From Candidatus Poseidoniales archaeon (GTDB taxonomy: Archaea; Thermoplasmatota; Poseidoniia; Poseidoniales; Poseidoniaceae): DNA of 64,000 nucleotides. The notes beneath the pieces were generated by a model, which saw nothing but the letters and a program-made list of their open reading frames with translations, was not told where the DNA came from and ran no database searches. This document shows, in pieces, positions 34,601 through 42,211 of the stretch. A program made the position numbers and the translations under genes. Location of the stretch: assembly GCA_038106355.1 (NCBI GenBank), contig JAYODQ010000005.1, positions 9,301 to 73,300 of the forward strand. Direction: 5' to 3'. How positions within the stretch are numbered: position 1 is the stretch's first letter; each line of letters begins with the position of its first letter.

Positions 34601-37382
34601 TATCCGCATCCCAATTCGCATCTTCGGGCCGATGAGGGTCCAAAGTCCAATTATTCCCACCTGTGAAGGATGACCCAATCCACCTTCGATGTTCGATTTC
34701 CCACCCATCTGGCATACCATCTCCGTCTGAATCGACGTTGGTCGGGTCAGTTCCGTAATCGATGTTCATTTGATTGAGATACGTAGCATTTGCCTGTTGG
34801 CCAATTTGACTATTGCATTGATAGACCATTTGTATAGTATAGTAACACCACAACGTTGACTCTTTGAAGAAGAATCCGTAATACTCTGCTCCATCTGATA
34901 ATCCATCGCCATCTGTATCACCATTCTGTGGATTGGTTGAATTGAATCCACCTAATGTTCTTTGAACATACCTGTATTCATCTAAGTTCACCCACAATCG
35001 TTCGAGGACACCGTCACCAGAAGCGTCAAGGTCGATACCATCGCCGTCAAAATCAAATTGAGCATCCCATGGGTCAGTTGGGTCAAGTCCATTTTCATAC
35101 TCCCATCCATCTGGAATACCATCTGCATCGGAGTCATTTGATAAAGGATTAATGAGTTTGAGATTTGAGTATTGACCAGGGGATGCTGCCGCAAAGACCG
35201 ATGTCATTCCATCCATTGTTACCGGTGCGATGGATACGATTTCACCGGGTATTCTGGTTTGGTCTTGCAGACCATAGACTGCGGCATAATCACCTGCAAT
35301 AGCCCATAGCCCCCATTCCGAACCGATAAGAAGTTCATCTCCCGTAGGAAAAATTGAGTAAATGCTATTTGTCTCACGAACAGTTTTTCCTTCGATACCA
35401 GGATGAGCTAGCAATCCACTGTGAGTGAGTTGTCCGGATTGAGTATCCAATCGGTGTACACCGGCAGGTGTTCCGAACCAAAGGACCCGATGGTTGAATT
35501 CAGAAGGTCCGTCAAAGACAACCGTTCGTATTTCCGCTGGGTTGCCTTGTGTTCCAATAATCATGGGCCTTAATGCATCAACTTGAGGTCCAAATGTTGA
35601 TTGCGTGGGGTCATAATACGCTATCCAATCACCTGTCGATTCATCGCGGCCAGTGGAGGTCTCAAAAATCACCAATCCGACATTTGTTCCAACTGCAAGC
35701 ATAGACTCCCCGTTTGAATTTATACCATGAGCAACATCGTTAACCGTTGCATTGCGTTCAAATAATTCAGTAACGATTCCGGTACCAATGGAGTAGGTGG
35801 CATCGATTTCAAAACCTGAGGAAAGCCCCACAATAATTCCATCTCCGCGTGTGCCCAACGCAAGAATATGAGGCGACCCATCCTGCGATGCGAGTAAGGT
35901 TAAGGCGTTCATTTCCTGTGTTGAAATATGAGTCCATAAATCGAGGGAGGCAAATGTTCCATCAGCTAGGAGGGGAACAATGGAAACACCATAACTGGTC
36001 GCCATTGCGATTGCAAAAATCACACCTTCATCGGAAACATACACTCCTTCGTTAGCTTTCAGACCTTGAGGGAACCATTGATGTTCAGATTCATTGGTAT
36101 CAAGATTGACCGACGTGAGACCATAGGTTGTGATGATGTGGAGTGTATTCTCATAAACAAGTAACGATTTGATATCGTGATGAATTGTTTCAATTCCTCC
36201 AACATCCTCCAACATCAACGGATAGCGGTGGACAACTGATTCATTTCGTAACATTGTGGATTTAAGGCCCGGATAGATGGTGTTTCCATTATCAAAATGA
36301 ATATTGTACTCTTGTATGTTCGACAAAGCCTCTCCTACAGCAAGAGCCGTTTGAGTTCGTGAAAGATCACTTGTTATGATTCCATCCCTATTTCTGTCCC
36401 ACCCATCGTTATCATCATCCGATAGAGCATTGGTCCGATTGAGTGGGTCGAGACCGAAATGGACTTCCCAACCATCGGTCATACCGTCCCCAAACGAAGG
36501 GAACAATGGCCGAATTGCAAAACCATCCCAATGGTATCGGTCCGAATCATCAAGCAAAGGGTCTGTACCCAACCACATATCATCACCAATTTTTCCCGTT
36601 GCGTTGGTGGTGCATGCATCAAGAATATTGACAAAGGTAGCATTTGCACCATTACCTATGTATGGCCACGAACGTATACTAGCACCATCTGGAAGACTTG
36701 CTTTACACCAAAGGCCATCAAGTTCCGTCACAAAAGTATTGGTTGCTCCATAGATATATTCCTCGGGTGAAGTAAATCGTTCGGTAACCGACAATTCACC
36801 ATCCCTATTGATATCAAAACCATCATCATCAGGGTCATCGGTCAAATCACTTGCGTTGAGTGGGTCGAATCGCAAACAATTGTACCGCATTTGAATGATG
36901 TTGTAGCCTCCAATTCGCTGACACATGTAGGCTTCAAAACCATCTGGAAGTCCGTCACCATCTGTATCTGCTTTCCTTGGGTCCAAGTACATGCGATCTC
37001 CGCTTTCATCTGTTTTTCCAGTGAGGCCTCGTGGAAAACCAGGGGCTGTACAATTTGCTGGATATGGCCAACAAAATTCCTCTGTGCTGTTTAAACCATC
37101 TCTATCAAGGTCAAGAAGAGCGTCTGTCGCATCGTTTTTATCTAATCCTTTGATAGATATTTCGCGACCATCAACATTAGTCCAATTCAGCCACTCCTCA
37201 AACAACGATTCGTGGACATCAGGAATCATATCACCATCGGTATCTGTGTTTGGGGGAGGGAGTTGAGTTGTATCTTCAGGGTGGACATTCGCAACTGGAG
37301 AAATTGCAGGGAATTGGGACATGAAAAGGAGACTCGCAACAACGGCGAGGGTGGTCAAGATCGTTGTCTGACTTCGTCTCAT
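31638..37382 (-). CDS. Giant (~1,914 aa) secreted protein with >=20 thrombospondin-type-3-like Ca-binding repeats and a central propeller-like region
   Basis: Signal-like MRRSQTTILTTLAVVASLLFMSQFPAISPVANV (ATG 37382, SD-like GGGTGA upstream; the track start is 37421). Repeats include DTDGDGLPDGFE, DSDADGIPDGWE, DSDGDGMPDGWE, DSDTDGMPDGWE and DTDGDGMFDGFE. No C-terminal TM helix. Confidence 0.8.
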   Translation of the reverse strand: MRRSQTTILTTLAVVASLLFMSQFPAISPVANVHPEDTTQLPPPNTDTDGDMIPDVHESLFEEWLNWTNVDGREISIKGLDKNDATDALLDLDRDGLNSTEEFCWPYPANCTAPGFPRGLTGKTDESGDRMYLDPRKADTDGDGLPDGFEAYMCQRIGGYNIIQMRYNCLRFDPLNASDLTDDPDDDGFDINRDGELSVTERFTSPEEYIYGATNTFVTELDGLWCKASLPDGASIRSWPYIGNGANATFVNILDACTTNATGKIGDDMWLGTDPLLDDSDRYHWDGFAIRPLFPSFGDGMTDGWEVHFGLDPLNRTNALSDDDNDGWDRNRDGIITSDLSRTQTALAVGEALSNIQEYNIHFDNGNTIYPGLKSTMLRNESVVHRYPLMLEDVGGIETIHHDIKSLLVYENTLHIITTYGLTSVNLDTNESEHQWFPQGLKANEGVYVSDEGVIFAIAMATSYGVSIVPLLADGTFASLDLWTHISTQEMNALTLLASQDGSPHILALGTRGDGIIVGLSSGFEIDATYSIGTGIVTELFERNATVNDVAHGINSNGESMLAVGTNVGLVIFETSTGRDESTGDWIAYYDPTQSTFGPQVDALRPMIIGTQGNPAEIRTVVFDGPSEFNHRVLWFGTPAGVHRLDTQSGQLTHSGLLAHPGIEGKTVRETNSIYSIFPTGDELLIGSEWGLWAIAGDYAAVYGLQDQTRIPGEIVSIAPVTMDGMTSVFAAASPGQYSNLKLINPLSNDSDADGIPDGWEYENGLDPTDPWDAQFDFDGDGIDLDASGDGVLERLWVNLDEYRYVQRTLGGFNSTNPQNGDTDGDGLSDGAEYYGFFFKESTLWCYYTIQMVYQCNSQIGQQANATYLNQMNIDYGTDPTNVDSDGDGMPDGWEIEHRRWIGSSFTGGNNWTLDPHRPEDANWDADSDGLANLCEYQWSLVRLAGLEGELIENFGEVPESVLTWSVADPNSIDSDGDSLPDGWESDGRCTWSPEYNGVNPLNGSDVLSNPDGDGYDINHDGVLTIDEQFVNYLEYHLRSDLFVANGTLDGEEFPFEFETGLFDFIYDYGEPEDTFAERAFSELYNSQTTYSIGAANPWSADSDTDGMPDGWEIWFARWNLLDDAWTLNPLDSKDKWQDADDDGMTNWEEYNSIDPLYSEIQNNRSSPQWFVTTVGAAYALQQWPGIPTSASFGSFIDESIRNSSGLTTDPNNIDTDGDGMLDGLELLFTAWNTSAEVWTLNPLVPDDGNFDGDEDGLIDKQEFALATLQPDNGIEHPSDAPLLHIDGDLQQPTEKAQRIFNILISKNTRGKRLLDDFNAWQSGEPPNAFISVLQGMTDPTSSDTDGDGMFDGFEYWFTSWDLDENRWSMNPLIDGDVYLDSDDDSFDCNGDGDISLDERFSNLREWESRTWGKFDRRDTVPLELGIIDFGEDAILAYQEELGYSGIQAQLALYQDFIAKGPDSVERMAKINSLDEGNFNRSLRGVADPTHPDSDSDGIPDGWEFCYAIFGMDDATTINHWSSNPLNPFDVNYDGDHDGWYNRTTFDQPAVQGQWSNRVFTPISQQIQPGIGNLPFTNMMEWKNQTRPDLNDSDGDSVTFITTVVNGVVVSHVRDYNYSDGREVFKYGSNPSDNDSDGDMLPDWHEYKLGWNESNDNFSSYYQIEVQWIDPATGGACTTATNSCLPLSLDSQSGELRRPELNYTWFTLNPADPNDANQDPDQDGNWDCSGAGCTYEPYTNFQEFYAFTLQEYSSPNAVRLSGLTIDGNLVTEWWQLRKAVLGIGQSNELILNYLKMDKYAGQDFQYGYIVNDNDAHFFALNSSDDIILLAGNRTDAWEIYYQFSPNTAPDRNVGEHEFGWYILDFDDDHLAEGSSPMNWDTDGDWLVDWFEVRDDEEDGVRGQSSPIRYDSRQT
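31740..37250 (-). repeat. Array of TSP3-like DxDxDGxxDxxE coding repeats (approximate bounds), interrupted by a ~350-aa repeat-free central region
   Basis: I counted about 24 D-x-D-x-D-G-type motifs by eye along the protein. The GAT/GAC-rich periodicity also generates long antisense shadow ORFs. Confidence 0.7.
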
Positions 37383-37581
37383 GGTATCACCCGCGACATG
37401 GTACCACCTGCCGCTAACCAAAACTCCATCTGTTTACCTTATGAGGGTGATGGAACATTGTTCCGACACATTTCAAATTGATTTCATTCTCAATGAGGCA
37501 TTACGAAAGAAAAAATGAAGGTTTTTTAGATTCCGCAGCGGTGTATTCAAAGTCCTTACGCGATTGGAAAGATTTGTTCCT

Positions 37582-38406
37582 ATGTCAATGAGTATCACCC
37601 ACCTCGGAACAGGTAGCAGTGGTAACTCTACCCTTCTTGCTACCGAGGGCAAGCGACTTCTCATCGACCAAGGATTTAGTGGCAGGAAACTTACAAAAAA
37701 ACTTGCACAAGTTGGACTGACCCCCACGGACATTGATGCAATACTCATCACACACCACCATGGTGATCACGGTGGAGGGGCAAAATTATGTCAAACAAAG
37801 TGGGGCATTCCTGTATATGCAAATGAGCGAACTGCCTTAGAACTCGACCTCCTCCCCGAATGTACAACATATTTTGAGAATCTTGAATTGCTTGAATTTG
37901 GTTCCGCTGTCCGAATTTTACCAGTCCCAGTACCGCACGATGGTGCAGACAATGTTGCTTTCATCGTAAGTTACCAAAATGAAAGGGCCGCCATCATCAC
38001 TGATTTGGGCTCATGGACTGATGAATTGGTTCAACACGTGCAGGGTTGTGAACACATTGCCATCGAAGCAAATTACGATGACAAGCGTTTGCGATTTGGA
38101 CCATACAACAGAAAACTGAAAGATCGGATTATTGGTCGTGGCGGTCACCTTTCAAACGAACAAACAGGTATGTTCTTGGCACAAGTATGTACTGAAACAA
38201 CTCGTAGTATCACGTTACTTCACTTGAGTAGAGAAAACAATCGTCCTCATCTCGCTGAATCGACAGTTTTGTACTATATCGATGACATATTCACTGGAGA
38301 TTTGCGTATATCATATCAAGATGGCCCTGAATTTTCAACATATCTTGGACAGCAACCCGATGAGGTACAACGAAACAAATTCCAATTATTCAAGGTCAAT
38401 GCATAA
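37582..38406 (+). CDS. Metallo-beta-lactamase-fold hydrolase (YycJ/PhnP-like)
   Basis: ITHLGTGSSGNS, ILITHHHGDHGGG (HxHxDH) and a C-terminal LLHLSRENN. ATG at 37582 is preferred to the track's TTG at 37564. Confidence 0.8.
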   Translation: MSMSITHLGTGSSGNSTLLATEGKRLLIDQGFSGRKLTKKLAQVGLTPTDIDAILITHHHGDHGGGAKLCQTKWGIPVYANERTALELDLLPECTTYFENLELLEFGSAVRILPVPVPHDGADNVAFIVSYQNERAAIITDLGSWTDELVQHVQGCEHIAIEANYDDKRLRFGPYNRKLKDRIIGRGGHLSNEQTGMFLAQVCTETTRSITLLHLSRENNRPHLAESTVLYYIDDIFTGDLRISYQDGPEFSTYLGQQPDEVQRNKFQLFKVNA

Positions 38407-38424
38407 ATCCAACGAAGGATTGGA

Positions 38425-39492
38425 ATGAATATGGAAGCCAAATCCCCCCAGCAAGTCTCGGCTTCCTCTTGTAGAGATGAGAGGGCTGTTAGTGAGGTGT
38501 TGGGGGTCATTATGCTGCTTGCCATGGTCATCACCATCATGGGGGGCGTCTGGATATTTCTCAATCCTTACATGAGTGATTTTGAAGACAACACAAACTG
38601 GAAATCTGCTACTGGAATTACCGAGAGAATCGATGACCGTATTCGTGTAGCAGGAAACTCACCAAATGGAACTGGTTTCAAAAACTCGATATCTCTAGTT
38701 TCAACCTCGGTTCAAACCATGAAGGCCATAGAATATTGGACTGTTGCAGCCGATTTGACGACCCGTGATGTGATTCAAATTCGGCATCATAATGATTCGA
38801 CCATCGAAATCAAATCCTATAACGAACGAGTCGCAGTCGTTGAACTTCAGAACCATGAATCCCTGCAAACCATCGATGTGGATGACGGGGAGGATGAGTA
38901 TCGAATTCAACATAACCTTTCAAGGCAAAAATGGATCATGGTCACGGCCTATGATGCGAATGGAAATGCTTTGCATCGTCATGTTGACATCATTTTGTCA
39001 GGATTAAAAGTGACAACAAGTCTTGGATTGGGAGAACACCAAATGGCATTGATCAATAATGCTGTCATCGAACGATTTCCAAACGAGCCTTGGACAATAT
39101 CAACAATGCCTTCGCTCTCCTTTAACCATTTAGCGAATGGGGAGGTGAGGCTTGCCATTCTACTGACGGACGCTCATGCTGTCAAATCCTTTGGTGGAGC
39201 TGGAAAAACGAGCATTGAGTTTGTTTCGCTGGGCCCACTTCAATTGTTTTCCGGCCCTGCATACAACATTCACTTTTCTTCCTATAACGAATTACATCCT
39301 GTTGTCAGCCCCCAGTATCACGAGAATTGGTTGCAAGATTACTACATTCACAGGTCCTCTGCAACACTCACGACATACGATGGCATAGCACCATTTGAAC
39401 GTGCGAGTGGAGCTGATGGATTTACCGTTATGACGACGAGCGATGTTGTGTTCTTTGAAGTCGACCTTCAGCGTGTTGAGGTGAGTTCATGA
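38425..39492 (+). CDS. Archaeal type IV pilin-like protein (class III signal peptide) with ~330-aa globular domain
   Basis: The N-terminus ...CRDERA|VSEVLGVIMLLAMVITIMGGVWIF fits the archaeal pilin N-terminal domain pattern: charged residues, then A/G, then a cleavage site, then a long hydrophobic helix. Confidence 0.65.
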   Translation: MNMEAKSPQQVSASSCRDERAVSEVLGVIMLLAMVITIMGGVWIFLNPYMSDFEDNTNWKSATGITERIDDRIRVAGNSPNGTGFKNSISLVSTSVQTMKAIEYWTVAADLTTRDVIQIRHHNDSTIEIKSYNERVAVVELQNHESLQTIDVDDGEDEYRIQHNLSRQKWIMVTAYDANGNALHRHVDIILSGLKVTTSLGLGEHQMALINNAVIERFPNEPWTISTMPSLSFNHLANGEVRLAILLTDAHAVKSFGGAGKTSIEFVSLGPLQLFSGPAYNIHFSSYNELHPVVSPQYHENWLQDYYIHRSSATLTTYDGIAPFERASGADGFTVMTTSDVVFFEVDLQRVEVSS

Positions 39493-41738
39493 ACAGCATC
39501 GAGAATTTCTCGAGAGATGAAGATGCTGTTTCAGCCGCAGTAGCCACAGTCCTCCTCTTTGGTGGAGTGCTTTCCATCATTGGATTAATGATGGTTTCAA
39601 TGATTCCAGTTATCGAAGAACTTGAAGGGTCGGTTGAGCGACATGACATGTCTGCACAAATGGCGTTACTTGCCCACAAGACCGCCCTTTTGAGCGAAAC
39701 TGGAATGCCCGGCGATTCAACCTCTGCGGAACTCATACCAGTCGATGGAAATCTCGTTTGGGATCGATTGCGTGGGGGCATGTGGTATTCGGCAACATGG
39801 GGTGAAGGCATGAGTTTACGAGCAAGAAACGTCGTTGACTTTGATGATGAATTTGAAATTCGACACCCTGAAACTGAAACTGCAGTCGTCTGCACGACTG
39901 ATTTACGCCTTGGCATCAACAGGCCATTTTATTATGATATCCCGCCATATGCAGACCAAATCCTTCTCACTGCGAAACCAGGTCTTGCATTACCACTGGG
40001 TCCAATCGAGGTGTCGCTCTTTGGAGACAATGGATACGAATACTCTACCGAACTACTTGTCGACGATGCCTTCTCGGTGCAATACCTTAGTTCAGTGGCT
40101 AATCTTACTGTTGAGTCCACACATGAACTCAATGTTCTTGCATTGGCGGGAAGCGATGGAGCAACGTACATTCCTCCAAATCAACCCGATGCAGCATCAA
40201 AGATGGGTCGGTCTTGGTCTATCCCATTACCAGTTGGTAAGTCCACTGTGTACGTGACAAGCACTGAAGCAAACCAAGTAACCAAGATGATTGGTAATGA
40301 AACCTCGATATTTTATGGTCTTCCAGACAATATTGCTCGAACAGGAACGGCTGTTCAAATTGATTTTAATCAATCTCGGTCTGAAGTAGTGCATCTCTTT
40401 TCGAGTTCGGATTCTCAGGTTGTTTTCCGATACGGCTCACCTACAAGTCAAGGGTTAACCTACCTTCCATCAACATCAGGCTCTTACTTTGGCCAACAAT
40501 TCATTCCCCCACAAACAAACAGCACGCTTCGGCTTGCAAACCCCGGAGACACTTCGATAACCGTTTCATGGAGAGGGGGTGGAGTGACTGTTGCTGCTCA
40601 AGATTTTGAAGAAGTCTCGTGGCCGCCTTCAACAACCTACTCGAATCCACTCATCCTTGAATCAGATACTCCCTTTTCACTACTTTGGAGTTCATACGAT
40701 GCATCAAATTCAGTAGATACAAGGAGTGGAATGCTTCAACTCATTGCAGAAGACACTGGCTTTTGGACTGGAAGTCATTTCAATTACACTTCGAGTATAG
40801 ATTTGAACCAAAATCTTGAGGTGTCATTACGAGGATACAGATCTCAATTTCAATGGCAGCAAGGTGCAGGAAATGGCTCTAGCATCTTCATTCAAGATGG
40901 AACCTCAATGAAAGAATTTGAACTTGGCAGCGAGTCCCTGGACATCCAAGTCAACAATACCCATCCAATCTCAGTTCTGCGGCAATCAGGTACTTCAGGT
41001 GCACTTTTCATTCCTCATTCGGGCATAGAACGTTGCCAATCAGTCGGAACATTAGCCAGTGGATGGATGCCTCTCAAATTGCCTTGGGAAGCCATGGGTG
41101 GCCGAAGTGATAGTGATGTAGAACATGCATGGATTGATGGTCGACATCCATCAAGTGTGCAAATCGATGTGTTTGGAACTTTGGAAACAGACTTTAACGC
41201 AAATATAGGTACGATTTGGGCCTTTCATTTGTCAAGACTTTCCTATCAATTCAAGACCTCAGTTCAAGGCATGGAGGTCGCATATTCAGGTGGTGCTGTT
41301 ATGACAAATCATCCAGAATTTAATCCATACATTGTGATCCCTCCATCAGATCGAGGCGGTCCCGGTCCAAGATTCGCCGCAACCATTCCGGCACTTCATC
41401 CAACCTCGGATAGCGTCATTGGTGGAGGGAAATTATCCATCGACGTTGAACTGAATTTGCGAACCTCACTTGCATCAACGAATGCTTACGAAATTCGAAG
41501 GGGTTGGAATGAGCCTTATGGAAAAGCGATCGCTGAACATGCTGGAGAAGGCCTTGGTGGGAGCGAAGATTGGACGGTCTATCCCGGTAGACTGGACTTG
41601 CTCACCGATTACGTCGGCTGGGTTCCTGACCCTAGTTTTGGCACGAGTGAAACCGTGTGGCACACCAATGGTGAAGTCATCAAATTTAGTTTGCAATTGG
41701 CTGCACTTGAAGTCACCCTAAGGGAGGCAAATCGATGA
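39489..41738 (+). CDS. Large (749 aa) pilin-like protein with class III signal-like N-terminus
   Basis: The N-terminus SRDEDAVSAAVATVLLFGGVLSIIGLMMVSMIP is pilin-like. ATGA start/stop overlap with the upstream gene, and GAGGTGA lies 6-12 nt upstream. Confidence 0.55.
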   Translation: MNSIENFSRDEDAVSAAVATVLLFGGVLSIIGLMMVSMIPVIEELEGSVERHDMSAQMALLAHKTALLSETGMPGDSTSAELIPVDGNLVWDRLRGGMWYSATWGEGMSLRARNVVDFDDEFEIRHPETETAVVCTTDLRLGINRPFYYDIPPYADQILLTAKPGLALPLGPIEVSLFGDNGYEYSTELLVDDAFSVQYLSSVANLTVESTHELNVLALAGSDGATYIPPNQPDAASKMGRSWSIPLPVGKSTVYVTSTEANQVTKMIGNETSIFYGLPDNIARTGTAVQIDFNQSRSEVVHLFSSSDSQVVFRYGSPTSQGLTYLPSTSGSYFGQQFIPPQTNSTLRLANPGDTSITVSWRGGGVTVAAQDFEEVSWPPSTTYSNPLILESDTPFSLLWSSYDASNSVDTRSGMLQLIAEDTGFWTGSHFNYTSSIDLNQNLEVSLRGYRSQFQWQQGAGNGSSIFIQDGTSMKEFELGSESLDIQVNNTHPISVLRQSGTSGALFIPHSGIERCQSVGTLASGWMPLKLPWEAMGGRSDSDVEHAWIDGRHPSSVQIDVFGTLETDFNANIGTIWAFHLSRLSYQFKTSVQGMEVAYSGGAVMTNHPEFNPYIVIPPSDRGGPGPRFAATIPALHPTSDSVIGGGKLSIDVELNLRTSLASTNAYEIRRGWNEPYGKAIAEHAGEGLGGSEDWTVYPGRLDLLTDYVGWVPDPSFGTSETVWHTNGEVIKFSLQLAALEVTLREANR

Positions 41739-42211
41739 TGTCAACCAACACGCTACGTAGAGATACATCTGCAGCAGCCACTGAACTCGGATATATCTTC
41801 ACCTTTTTGCTCGGTGTTTTGCTCATGACCATGTTTAGTATTTGGGCATGGGGAATTGAAACCTCAACAAGAGAACGCTGGAACGATGAGGCCATTGTTG
41901 CAAATATGGATGACCTCGTCGAAGCGGTCGAGCGAGCAAACCAAGCCAGCAGAATCGACAATGCAACCTATGCTGAATGGGTGACATGGCGTCCTACCGA
42001 AGCTGATGAATCACTCATGAGTTTAGAATTGCATCTCGATTCCTTAGAGTTAATTGATGAGTCTTCCCGAGAGGGGTATTTCGCCCCTCATTCCGGTACT
42101 GGGAAAGCAATTCATGATGGAACGCTATCACTTGCCGGGATTTCGACAATTTGGATTGTCCTTGAGGATGGACAAATATACCTTTCAGCGGATAGGCCTC
42201 AGTTTGATTAA
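41735..42211 (+). CDS. Small (158 aa) pilin-like protein
   Basis: The N-terminus LRRDTSAAATELGYIFTFLLGVLLMTMFSIW is pilin-like. ATGA overlap with the upstream gene, and AGGGAGG lies 8 nt upstream. Confidence 0.5.
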   Translation: MMSTNTLRRDTSAAATELGYIFTFLLGVLLMTMFSIWAWGIETSTRERWNDEAIVANMDDLVEAVERANQASRIDNATYAEWVTWRPTEADESLMSLELHLDSLELIDESSREGYFAPHSGTGKAIHDGTLSLAGISTIWIVLEDGQIYLSADRPQFD

